A stretch of DNA of 64,000 bases from Longimicrobiales bacterium (lineage in GTDB: Bacteria; Gemmatimonadota; Gemmatimonadetes; Longimicrobiales; Gaopeijiaceae): assembly GCA_965226375.1 (NCBI GenBank), contig CBDDCX010000008.1, positions 416,001-480,000 on the forward strand, given 5' to 3'. The notes beneath the pieces were generated by a model. The model worked only from the letters and a program-made list of their open reading frames with translations, had not been told where the DNA came from and ran no database searches. This document shows, in pieces, positions 18,616-27,924 of this stretch. The position numbers were made by a program, and so were the translations under genes. How positions within the stretch are numbered: the first letter of the stretch is position 1; the number at the start of each line of letters is the position of its first letter.

Positions 18616-21033
18616 TCACGTGATGGGCTGTCTCTTTTTCAGGATGAAGAGTCCCTCGAAGCGACTGCTGACGATGATGTTGCCACTAGGGAAGTACGGA
18701 TAGTTGCTCCACGACCCCCCCGTTCCGGACCCGTTGTCCCCGTGGGGCACGGTGTCGAAGAAGCCCACCTCGACCGGATTCTCCGGATCACTGATATCGA
18801 GCACTCGCATGCCCGCACGGTTGTTGGACTGGTACAGGAGGTTGCCCAGGACGTACATGTTGTGATCCGTGGATTCGTGCGTGCCGAAGAACTCCTTGGC
18901 GAGCTGCGGATCGTCCAGGTCCGAGATGTCCCAGACCAGAGTGCGCGTCTTGCGTCCGTCCCCTTCGTCCAGCTCGTCTCCCTGGAAGAAGTACTGATGG
19001 TCCTCGGAGAGCCAGCCCTGGTGCGTATAAGCCACGTCAGGGTAGGTCGCGAGCCCCAGGGCCTCCGTGTTGGCCGGATCCGTCACGTCAGCGATACTGA
19101 AGGCCGTCTCGTTGGATCCGAAACAGATCTGCTTGCCCTCATGCTCCTCGTCGGGCCCGTGATAGGTCACGCACTGAGCGTCATGGGTGTAGCCGGTGCC
19201 GTTGCGGCCGGTGCCGGGCTGTGAGAAGCAGCCCGCGAACGTCGGGCTCGCGGGCTCCTTGAGATCGATGATGTGGATCCCCCCGCCACACGTTTCCCCG
19301 CCGGAGCTGTTCCCTACGCTGTAACCGAAGCCCGTATCTTCGTTGATGGCGATGTTGTGCACGCTGGCCACGCCGTCGTAGTGCGCGGTCTCCTCGAAGG
19401 TGACGGGGTCGGTCACGTCGCGAAGCTGTGTCAGGTCGAAGATCTGAATGCCGTGCAGGCCCGAGCCGTCGGCCACGATGTAGGCGTGGTTCTTGTAGAC
19501 CTTGATGTCCCTCCACGAGGCGAGGGGTGATCCCTCGGTCCTCCAGAGCTGACCCAGGTAGCGCGGTTGGAGCGCATCGGTCACGTCAACGAACGAAGTG
19601 CCATCCCGCCGACCCACGAGAGCGTACTCCCGCCCCGTGTCCGGATCCGTCCATCCCCAGAGATCGTTTACGTTGACCCCTCGCGGGACACCCATGTCGC
19701 CGACCGGGAGGAAGGACACCAAGTCGTAGTCGGAGCAAGCGAAGGCGGTAGCCGCGCCTTCGGCGCAGTCGACCTGGCCTCCCAGGACCGCCGCGTACTG
19801 CTCCATCTCCGACACGACGACATCGGCCGCCTGCCAACCCCGGTCACCACGTTCGAAGATCGTGGCCGTACCCGCCCCGAGGTCTGCGCCCACGACTCCG
19901 ACCACGGCCACGTCGCCTGCCACGGCCAGGGCCGAGGCGAACCCGTCACCCGACTGGGGATCGTCGTTCGACACCTTTGCGGCTCCGGCCCACCCCCTGG
20001 TCCCACCGGAGAAGACGTAAGCCACGCCCTGTCGATTATCGGCTCGCGGCGAGCCGACCCACACCTCACCCCCATCCAGGGCGATGGTCGAGCCGAACGC
20101 GTCTTGCTGGAACCCGTCGAAGGCGACCAGCTGACCCGTGGGCCTCCACTCGCCGTTCCCATCCACTTGGAAGGTGAAGACGGCGCCTTCGGCCTGGTTG
20201 TGGCCGGGGGCGGACACGACAGCTAAATCGCCCTCCATGCTCAGCGACGCTCCGAAGGAGTCGTCGCCGGCGAGACCCTGAGTCGCCAGGGTCCCCTCCA
20301 GCTGCCAACCACCACCGTCCTCACGGAAGGAGTAGACGGCTCCGGTTCCGCTCGCTAGAGGTGCTCCCACCAGGAGCCGGCCGGACTGCACGGACATGCT
20401 GGCACCGAAGGCGCCGTCGCCTTCACCGGCGGTCAGCCGGCCCTGATCGGTCCAGGCATCGCCTGAGCCGCCGAATACATAGACGGCTCCTCGTCCGGTG
20501 GACTGTGGAGCCGGGTTGCCCCGCCCGCCCCCGGCCGACAAAGCCGGTGCTCCGACAAAGGCTATGCCTTCGCCCAACGCGAGGGAGCTTCCGTACGCGG
20601 CATCGGTGTCCACGTCGACGACTGGGAGACGACCGACCTCTGCCCAACTTCCCGGGGCCGACCGCTCGAACACATAAACCACGGCCGGGCCTCCCACCTG
20701 CGGATGAGGCCGAGTGCTCAGGAGCATGGTCCCACTGTCCACAGCGATCGCGGTGCCGAAGCCGTCGCCTCCGAACCCGTCCGAGGCCTCGAGGCGGTTA
20801 ACCTCGGCCCAACCACCCGCACCCCTTCGGTAGATGTACACAAAGCCGGGACCGATCAAGTTGCCGGCCTCGCCTACAAATACGTCGCCATCACTCACGG
20901 CAACGGCGCCGCCGTATCCGGGCGCCGCACCGGCAGCTTGGGTTCCACCCGCCATCGACTGCCCCGACACGGGCACCGTCCCCCACACGAGAGCGATGAT
21001 CATCGCCACCAACCCATAGCCAGTCCGTCTCAT
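18616..21033 (-). CDS. Choice-of-anchor B family protein with N-terminal FG-GAP repeats
   Basis: Repeated FGxSxA...VGAP; NDLWGWTD, WRDIKVY, HNIAIN, YTHDAQC, YTHQGW, WSNYPYFPSG. Confidence 0.88.
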   Translation of the reverse strand: MRRTGYGLVAMIIALVWGTVPVSGQSMAGGTQAAGAAPGYGGAVAVSDGDVFVGEAGNLIGPGFVYIYRRGAGGWAEVNRLEASDGFGGDGFGTAIAVDSGTMLLSTRPHPQVGGPAVVYVFERSAPGSWAEVGRLPVVDVDTDAAYGSSLALGEGIAFVGAPALSAGGGRGNPAPQSTGRGAVYVFGGSGDAWTDQGRLTAGEGDGAFGASMSVQSGRLLVGAPLASGTGAVYSFREDGGGWQLEGTLATQGLAGDDSFGASLSMEGDLAVVSAPGHNQAEGAVFTFQVDGNGEWRPTGQLVAFDGFQQDAFGSTIALDGGEVWVGSPRADNRQGVAYVFSGGTRGWAGAAKVSNDDPQSGDGFASALAVAGDVAVVGVVGADLGAGTATIFERGDRGWQAADVVVSEMEQYAAVLGGQVDCAEGAATAFACSDYDLVSFLPVGDMGVPRGVNVNDLWGWTDPDTGREYALVGRRDGTSFVDVTDALQPRYLGQLWRTEGSPLASWRDIKVYKNHAYIVADGSGLHGIQIFDLTQLRDVTDPVTFEETAHYDGVASVHNIAINEDTGFGYSVGNSSGGETCGGGIHIIDLKEPASPTFAGCFSQPGTGRNGTGYTHDAQCVTYHGPDEEHEGKQICFGSNETAFSIADVTDPANTEALGLATYPDVAYTHQGWLSEDHQYFFQGDELDEGDGRKTRTLVWDISDLDDPQLAKEFFGTHESTDHNMYVLGNLLYQSNNRAGMRVLDISDPENPVEVGFFDTVPHGDNGSGTGGSWSNYPYFPSGNIIVSSRFEGLFILKKRQPIT

Positions 21034-21113
21034 GAGATCCCCTCACATCAGAAAGAAATGTCGCATTCGACCGATTCGCCCCGTTCGGGCACGGTCGTCC
21101 CTCATCTTTCGGT

Positions 21114-21564
21114 CTATAAATCGCCTGGCAACCTCGGTGAAGCCAGAAGCTGCATGAAGTGCGTCCATCGATCGTCCTGAGAGCGAACGTCTCCGTCACC
21201 GTCTACGAAGGCTCGCACAACATCCTTGCCGAGGTTGTAGTTGATCACATAGCTGCGATACTGATCCACGAATCGCATCCGCTGTCTGGCGCCGGCCGGG
21301 CTGTACATGGCGAATTGCTGCAGCCAATCGACGGCTCCGTCAACGTCGACCTTGTTCGGTGACCTGCTCGCGCCACTCTGCCGGCCCGTAGAAGGCGTCG
21401 ACGTAGTCTGCATCGTGCTCACCCACCGCAAGGACGAGCCGGACGTACGATTCCGCTATCGTGTCCATCTGGTTGGTGCCTTCAAGTTCGCTCGTATCCG
21501 GGGCGCATGCCGCGCCGGCTGCTACGAACACGAGCGCGAGCGCCAAGGTCTGATGCCGCCTCAC
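21114..21564 (-). pseudogene. Lipoprotein gene remnant with apparent large internal deletion (junction near 21350)
   Basis: N-terminal part (lipobox, YVRLVLAVGEHDADYVDAFYGP) joined out of frame to a C-terminal part (YRSYVINYNLGKD...LLASPRLP). Confidence 0.7.
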
Positions 21565-21699
21565 CTATGACTCCAATCCGGTATCCGATTGCCTGTTTGG
21601 ATTCTACTCCCGCCCGGGCGGGGAGCAAGGACGTGGCCCGCTCCCGTCGACCCTCCTAGCTTGCCAGGAACGCTCCACGCGAACCGGAGAGATATACGG

Positions 21700-23103
21700 A
21701 TGACTCGCTTCTTATTGTCGTTCCTCGGCCTGGTGGTCGTGCTGGTCCTGACGCCGGCCGGCGCGATTGCCCAAGGTACGCCTCCCACCGAGGACCTGAA
21801 TATTCCCGGAGCCAAGGAGAGGCAGGAGATCCGGTCCGACCTGATCGCGAAGCGTCTCGACACGGTTCTCCTCGACGCCATGCGCAAGCACGACATCGAC
21901 GCGTGGCTCACCTTCAGCCGGGAGCACAATCTCGATCCCATGCTCTCCGAGATCGGCGGCGGATGGGGTGGCGTGCGGAACGCGTACATCTTCTTCGACC
22001 GCGGCGGTGACACACCCGAGAAGATCTTCATCGGATCCCATCAGCTCAGGGACCAGACCATTCCCGACAGCTACGACGAGCACATCTACTACGGCTACAC
22101 GCCCGAGGGCATCCGACCCCACCTGCGCAGCGTGATGGAGGAACGTGACCCGCAGCGTATCGGGATCAACGTGTCTCCCACGCTTCCCATGGCGGACGGT
22201 CTGACCTGGACGCTCCGGAACTTCCTCGAGGAGAGCCTGGGGCCGGTGTTATCCAGCCGCCTGGTCTCCGCCGAGCTCTTGGTCAGGGATTTCCGGACCA
22301 ACCACATCCCCGACGAATGGCCGGTCTTCAGCGCTCTGTGCGAGTGGACGGTGGCTTGGGAGTCGGAGGCCTTCTCCGATCATGTCATCACCGTGGGTGA
22401 GACGACCATGGAGGACATCCACTGGTGGATGCGGCAGCGAACGCTAGAGCTCGGCTTGACCAACGAGTTCCTGCCGGGAGTCCGGATCAATCGAATGGGG
22501 GTCAACCTTCCCACCAATTCTCCGGATCACACGGTGGAACCGGGGGACGTCTTGTCGGTGGACGCAGGACTAGCCTTTCTCGACTTCCGGACGGACATCA
22601 AGCGTTCGGCGTACGTGCTGAGGCCCGGTGAAACGGAGCCGCCGGAGAGCATCCGGAAAGCGTTCGACGACGCCAAGCGTGTAACCGACCGCATGACCTC
22701 GAAGTGGAGGCCCGGCGCGATCGCGTACCAGGTGTTCGAAGAGACCATGGGCGAGCTGGCGGAGGAGGGTTATGCGACCGGCATCGCTACGGGCGGAGCG
22801 CAACGCCCGACGCAGATGTCGGCCGAGGTGGGCATCTACTCCCACTCGGTGGGTAATTCCACCCACGATATCGGGGCTCGCGTGGCCGTGAACGCTCCAT
22901 TCGCCTACGGCGATCGCGTCCGATACGCCCTGGCCCAGAACGCCTGGTACTCGGTTGAGCTCCACGTGAGCACACCGATCCCGGAATGGGATGGGTTGGC
23001 ACTCCAGGTCATGATCGAAGAGAACGCGGAACTGACGGCGAACGGGGTTCGCTACTGTGCTCCGAGACAGGAGGAATTGCTGATCGTTCGTGGGGGCGCA
23101 TAG
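21700..23103 (+). CDS. M24 family metallopeptidase, secreted
   Basis: VDAG...TDIKR, HSVGNSTHDIG, VELH, IEEN; signal peptide. Confidence 0.88.
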   Translation: MTRFLLSFLGLVVVLVLTPAGAIAQGTPPTEDLNIPGAKERQEIRSDLIAKRLDTVLLDAMRKHDIDAWLTFSREHNLDPMLSEIGGGWGGVRNAYIFFDRGGDTPEKIFIGSHQLRDQTIPDSYDEHIYYGYTPEGIRPHLRSVMEERDPQRIGINVSPTLPMADGLTWTLRNFLEESLGPVLSSRLVSAELLVRDFRTNHIPDEWPVFSALCEWTVAWESEAFSDHVITVGETTMEDIHWWMRQRTLELGLTNEFLPGVRINRMGVNLPTNSPDHTVEPGDVLSVDAGLAFLDFRTDIKRSAYVLRPGETEPPESIRKAFDDAKRVTDRMTSKWRPGAIAYQVFEETMGELAEEGYATGIATGGAQRPTQMSAEVGIYSHSVGNSTHDIGARVAVNAPFAYGDRVRYALAQNAWYSVELHVSTPIPEWDGLALQVMIEENAELTANGVRYCAPRQEELLIVRGGA

Positions 23104-23214
23104 CGGGCGGCGGACAGCCGGTCGGTTGACTGGCCCGCTCCCGGGCGGCCCAATAGCTTCTGCCCGCCCGAATCCAAGGCCTCGATCGCACCCCTGGCGT
23201 CCGGAGTCCACGCA

Positions 23215-24540
23215 ATGAGCTCAGAGTCCACCCAGTCCCTGACCCGCGTTCTCCGCATCCGGGACGGCTTGGCCGTCACCGTCGGGATCGTCATCGGTGC
23301 CGGTATTCTCCGGACGCCGGGGCTCATCGCGGAGTACCTGGGAGATCCCTGGTTCATCCTGGGCGTCTGGGTCCTGGGGGGAGTGGTGGCGGGGCTCAGC
23401 ACCCTGTTGCTCGCCGAGATGTCGGCGTCGATCCCCGAGGCCGGCGGCAAGTTCGTCTATGCCCGGGAGGCGTGGGGTCCGGTCATGGGCTTCGTGGCGG
23501 GGTGGTCCGAGCTTCTGGTCACGCGTGGATTCTCGGGCGCCTCGAAGGCCGTCGTGATCGCCGAGTACATCCGGATCCTGGCGGGGCGGGGCAACATATC
23601 CATCTTGGCGGGAGGCGTGGCACTCGCGTTCTTTTTTCTTCACACCCGAGGCTTGAAGACCAGCACGGTCTTCCAGAACGTCACCACCGCCATCAAGGTG
23701 CTGGTCGTGTTCCTCATCGCGGTGGCGGGCATCTGGGCCGGAGACATGGTCGGATTCACCGCCGCCCCGTTGAGTGTCGAGGGGTCGAGGCTGCTCGGCT
23801 TCGCCCTCGCGTACCAGGCCGTCGCGTTCGCGTACTACGGTTGGGAGGATGCCGCGAAGATGGCGGAAGAGGTCAAGGACCCCGGCCGATCGCTCCCCAA
23901 GATCCTTCTGGGGGGGGCCGTGGCGGTCGCCTGCCTGTACTTGCTCATGAACGTGGCGTTCCTTTCCGCGCTCACCCCCGCTGAGATGGCCGGCTCTGAG
24001 CTCGTGGCCCAGGATGCCATCGCCGGCGTGTTCGGAAGTGCGGCGGGAACAGTGGTCGTTCTGGCCAGCCTCCTGATCCTGATGAGCAGCATCAACGTGA
24101 ACTTTCTGGGGATGCCTCGGGTGGCCTACGGATTGGCAAAGCACGGCCTGGCGTTCAAATCACTCGCGAAGGTGGATGGGCGGGGAACGCCGCGGAACGC
24201 CCTTTACTTCATATCGGCGTGGATCGGCATCCTGGCCGTTTCCGGCCAGTTCGAGTTGCTAATCCGGTTCATGATGATGGTGGCCATCACCGTCGACACG
24301 ATGGTGCTGTTGGGCTACTTCCGCCTGCGCAGCAAGCTCCCGGACCTCGAGCGTCCGTTCCGTGTGCCGGGGCATCCCTGGATTCCTGGTCTCACGGTGG
24401 TGCTCTACGTGGCGATCTTGGCCATCTTGATAAAATCTCAGCCGGCGTTGACGGTGGGTGCGGGGGCGATGCTGACGGCGCTTGTGGTGGCGGGCTGGTT
24501 TACGGTGCGGAGGAACAAGGCCGTCGCACGTATGTCTTGA
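23215..24540 (+). CDS. APC family amino-acid permease
   Basis: VIGAGILRTP, AYYGWE...AEEVKDP, ERPFRVPG. Confidence 0.92.
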   Translation: MSSESTQSLTRVLRIRDGLAVTVGIVIGAGILRTPGLIAEYLGDPWFILGVWVLGGVVAGLSTLLLAEMSASIPEAGGKFVYAREAWGPVMGFVAGWSELLVTRGFSGASKAVVIAEYIRILAGRGNISILAGGVALAFFFLHTRGLKTSTVFQNVTTAIKVLVVFLIAVAGIWAGDMVGFTAAPLSVEGSRLLGFALAYQAVAFAYYGWEDAAKMAEEVKDPGRSLPKILLGGAVAVACLYLLMNVAFLSALTPAEMAGSELVAQDAIAGVFGSAAGTVVVLASLLILMSSINVNFLGMPRVAYGLAKHGLAFKSLAKVDGRGTPRNALYFISAWIGILAVSGQFELLIRFMMMVAITVDTMVLLGYFRLRSKLPDLERPFRVPGHPWIPGLTVVLYVAILAILIKSQPALTVGAGAMLTALVVAGWFTVRRNKAVARMS

Positions 24541-24630
24541 ATCGGATCATACGTATGGCATGGGTGGACTTGGGACCCGGTTCGGGCGGCCAGAGCGACC
24601 CGAGCAGCGGGCTCGCTGGCACCCTCGGAT

Positions 24631-24658
24631 CGAAATCACGTTGACGAAATCACTTTGA
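24631..24658. promoter_or_regulatory. 14-bp direct repeat upstream of the M1 peptidase, possible regulator site
   Basis: CGAAATCACGTTGA CGAAATCACTTTGA, one mismatch. Confidence 0.4.
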
Positions 24659-24700
24659 AACGAGCGGATCGTGAGATCCATCTTACTCAGGAGACAAGAC

Positions 24701-26419
24701 GTGCTTAGACGCTGGAGCTCAAATATCCGCACTGCGGTGACCCAGGGTGGAATCAGGGGGATCGCAACCACCGCGATTCTTGTCACCACTCTGGGCGCAT
24801 CCGGTGCGGTGGACACGTATCCGCGGCAGTGGGGGATCGACGCTCTCAACTACGCGTTTAGCGTGACGTTCAGCGACGACACCGATCGCATCGAGGGTGA
24901 GACCACCATCGAATTCAGGTTCGTCGAGGATGGCGTGGGGGAGTTCGCTCTCGACCTCATCTCGGCCTCAGCGGACCTCGACGGCAAAGGCATGACGGTG
25001 TCGGGGGTCACATCGGGGGGGGCTTCACTCCAGTGGACCCACGAGAACGATCGCCTCCGCGTCACGCTCAATGCGTCTCCGGCGCGCGGAGAGCGGCGCA
25101 AGTTCACGGTGAGCTACGGGGGCGTTGCCGCCGACGGGCTCAAGATCGGTCCGAACCGTCATGGCGAGCGGACGTTTTTCAGCGTCAACTGGCCCAACAA
25201 GGCGCGGCAGTGGCTTCCGATGATCGACCACCCCTACGACAAGGCCACCAGCGAGTTCCTCGTCACGGCGCCCTCCCACTATCAGGTGGTGGCGAACGGG
25301 CTTCTCCGTGAAGAGACCGACCTCAGCGACGGCCGGCGCATGACACACTGGAAGCAGTCGGTACCCATCGCATCGTGGCTCAACGCGGTGGGTGTCGCTC
25401 GCTTCACGTCGCGCACTTTTGGGGAGGTAGACGGCATTCCGCTTCAGACGTGGGTGTTCCCACAGGATCGTGAGTTGGGAATCACCACGTTCGAAGTGCC
25501 CGTACGCCAGGCCATCGAGTTCTTCAACTCACACATCGGGCCGTATACCTACGAGAAGCTCGGCAACGTTCAGGCGGCGGGCATGGGCGGGGGAATGGAG
25601 CACGCGAGCGCCATCTTCTACGGAGAGCGCTCGATCACGGACCGCCCCGCCACCGGGCTGGTGGCCCACGAAATCGCCCACCAGTGGTTCGGCAACGCCG
25701 TCACCGAGAGCGATTGGGACGACGCGTGGTTGAGCGAGGGGTTCGCGACCTACTTCACTCACCTCACCAGGGAGCACTACGAGGGTAGAGACGTGTTCAT
25801 TGCGGGCCTGGTGCGCGACAAGGACCGCATCGCCCAGACGGAGGAGCGCCTTCCGGGTGCCACGATCGTCCACGACAACCTGGACGACATGAGCCGAGTG
25901 TTGAGCTCGCTCCAATCCCAGAAGGGCGGATGGGTGCTCCATATGCTTCGTGGGCAGATCGGCACGGACAACTTCTGGGCGGGGATCCGCGACTACTACG
26001 CGACCTACCGCGATTCGAACGCATCCAGCGCCTACCTGCAGCGCGTCATGGAGGAGGTGTCCGGCCAAGAGCTCTCCTGGTTCTTCGACCAGTGGCTCCA
26101 TCGTGCTCCCACACCCGTAGTCGAAGGCCGCTGGAGCTACGATGCCGCCGCGCAGAGTGTCGTGATCGAGCTGACGCAGGCGCAAGACAGTGAGCCGTAC
26201 AGGTTGCCCTTCGAAGTGGAGATCACGGGGGACTGGGAGCCGGATGAGCCGGAGGATCCGCGCGATCGTCGTCGCGGAGATATCGTGCCACCGCTGGAGC
26301 ACATCGAGATGACGGCGGCGAGTCAGCGCTTCGAGATTCCCGTAAAGGGTCGGCCGGACACGGTCGTGCTCGATCCCAACACGTGGGTTCTCATGCACGT
26401 CACCTTCGATCAGCGGTAG
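24701..26419 (+). CDS. M1 family zinc aminopeptidase
   Basis: GGMEH, HEIAHQWFG-x-WLSEGFATY; GTG start after AGGAG. Confidence 0.92.
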   Translation: MLRRWSSNIRTAVTQGGIRGIATTAILVTTLGASGAVDTYPRQWGIDALNYAFSVTFSDDTDRIEGETTIEFRFVEDGVGEFALDLISASADLDGKGMTVSGVTSGGASLQWTHENDRLRVTLNASPARGERRKFTVSYGGVAADGLKIGPNRHGERTFFSVNWPNKARQWLPMIDHPYDKATSEFLVTAPSHYQVVANGLLREETDLSDGRRMTHWKQSVPIASWLNAVGVARFTSRTFGEVDGIPLQTWVFPQDRELGITTFEVPVRQAIEFFNSHIGPYTYEKLGNVQAAGMGGGMEHASAIFYGERSITDRPATGLVAHEIAHQWFGNAVTESDWDDAWLSEGFATYFTHLTREHYEGRDVFIAGLVRDKDRIAQTEERLPGATIVHDNLDDMSRVLSSLQSQKGGWVLHMLRGQIGTDNFWAGIRDYYATYRDSNASSAYLQRVMEEVSGQELSWFFDQWLHRAPTPVVEGRWSYDAAAQSVVIELTQAQDSEPYRLPFEVEITGDWEPDEPEDPRDRRRGDIVPPLEHIEMTAASQRFEIPVKGRPDTVVLDPNTWVLMHVTFDQR

Positions 26420-26440
26420 TCGGAGCCAGACAAGCGGGAC

Positions 26441-26488
26441 AAAAAGCGGGCCGACCCCGAACCTACCAGGGTCGGCCCGATTTCTTTC
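26441..26488. terminator. Bidirectional intrinsic terminator
   Basis: 11-bp stem CGGGCCGACCC/GGGTCGGCCCG flanked by A5 and a T-rich tail, between convergent genes. Confidence 0.85.
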
Positions 26489-26504
26489 CGGGGGGTTTGC
26501 TACC

Positions 26505-27836
26505 TCAACTGATGGGCCGGGACATCGCCCCCGCGGGCCCGTTGTCCCAGTCCTGCACGCTGGAGATGTTGGGCATTCCCCAGTCCTCGCCGTTCCAACC
26601 CGAGAAGCCGTTCATCTTGAAGGCCCAGAGTCCGCTGAACCCACTGGTGACGATCAGGCCGTCGGCGTTACGTACGTCCACACCGAAGGTGCCGCCCGTG
26701 CCACCGGCACCCGGGATGTCCGGCATCTCGTAGGTATCGTAGTAGCCCACGGTATACGGATTGGTCGGATCCATCATGTTGAAGACCTGCAGTCCGTCCC
26801 GGTAGCCGGACACGAAGACGTAGGGCCAGCGCACCTCGTGGTTGTGCACAAGGTTCTGCCATTTCGCGGTCCAGGCTCCGATCGCCCGGTTGATCGTGGG
26901 CACGTCTCCGTCCAGGCCCGGCTTGAGATCGAAGATCAGGAGCGGCGCGTTCACGTACTCCATCTCACCGACGGCGTACCGTCCATCGGGAGAGGGGGTG
27001 AACGTGTGCGCGATGTCCACGCCGGCGAAGTTGGTCACCGAGGTGAGGAGTTCGGGCTCATCGATATTGGTGACGTCGAAGACGTAATAACCGTTGAGTC
27101 CGGAACCGTAGAACTTGTCTTGCCCCGTCGCCGGATCGAAGGCCACGTAGTAGTCGTGATATCCCCTCCAGCGATACTCCTCCGGTGTGGGGCGGGGAAC
27201 CTCTGCCACCCGAGCCTCCTCGGAGTCGGCTCCCGCCACGACCATATCCATGTCGTAAACGAATGCGGACGTCGCACTGAGCAGAGCACCGTACAGCAGG
27301 ATCTGCCCGTTGGAGTGCTTGTACGCGAAGATGTTGTGGAACCCGCCGGGAACGAGCGGCTCCGTGATGCGAGCGACTTCGCGGACCTGCGTGGGATCGG
27401 GCAAGCCCGTCACGTCGAAGACGATGGCCCCGAGATCATAGTCCGGGCCCGACTGCCGGAATTGAAACGACTGTACGTAGTAGTAACGCCCGTTCGACTT
27501 GAAGTACTTCCCGTCAAGAGCGCTGCCTTGATGCAGCTCCGGGTTCTCGATCTGCCAGGTGTAGATCTTCTCGGGATTGTCCGGGTCCTCGAAACTGAAG
27601 ATGTCGAAGCTAGCCTCCCCGCCTCTGCTCAGGTACACGTAGGGCCGGTCCATGTCCTGTTCCATCTCGATGTCGGCGGCTCGCCCGGGTACGTGAGCGA
27701 GAATCTCGATGTTCGAGCTGCCCTGCTCGCCCGGAGCGGGATGGTACTGTTGTGCCTGGACGGACAACGGGCCCAGCGTCGCGAACAAACCCCCGAAGAG
27801 GGTAGCGGTCTCCCAGAGTCTCCACCCTTTACTCAT
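26505..27836 (-). CDS. Secreted LVIVD-like beta-propeller protein, paralog 1
   Basis: Signal peptide; repeated (F/V)D(V/I)TxxxxP blades; HNIF/HDYY/HTF/HNHEV. Confidence 0.75.
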   Translation of the reverse strand: MSKGWRLWETATLFGGLFATLGPLSVQAQQYHPAPGEQGSSNIEILAHVPGRAADIEMEQDMDRPYVYLSRGGEASFDIFSFEDPDNPEKIYTWQIENPELHQGSALDGKYFKSNGRYYYVQSFQFRQSGPDYDLGAIVFDVTGLPDPTQVREVARITEPLVPGGFHNIFAYKHSNGQILLYGALLSATSAFVYDMDMVVAGADSEEARVAEVPRPTPEEYRWRGYHDYYVAFDPATGQDKFYGSGLNGYYVFDVTNIDEPELLTSVTNFAGVDIAHTFTPSPDGRYAVGEMEYVNAPLLIFDLKPGLDGDVPTINRAIGAWTAKWQNLVHNHEVRWPYVFVSGYRDGLQVFNMMDPTNPYTVGYYDTYEMPDIPGAGGTGGTFGVDVRNADGLIVTSGFSGLWAFKMNGFSGWNGEDWGMPNISSVQDWDNGPAGAMSRPIS

Positions 27837-27924
27837 CTCTTCCTCCGATAATCGCTGAAGAGGGTGACCCTGCGTCCCCCTCGTGATGCGGCCGAAATCG
27901 TCGCTCGGTCACCCGATTCACGGT

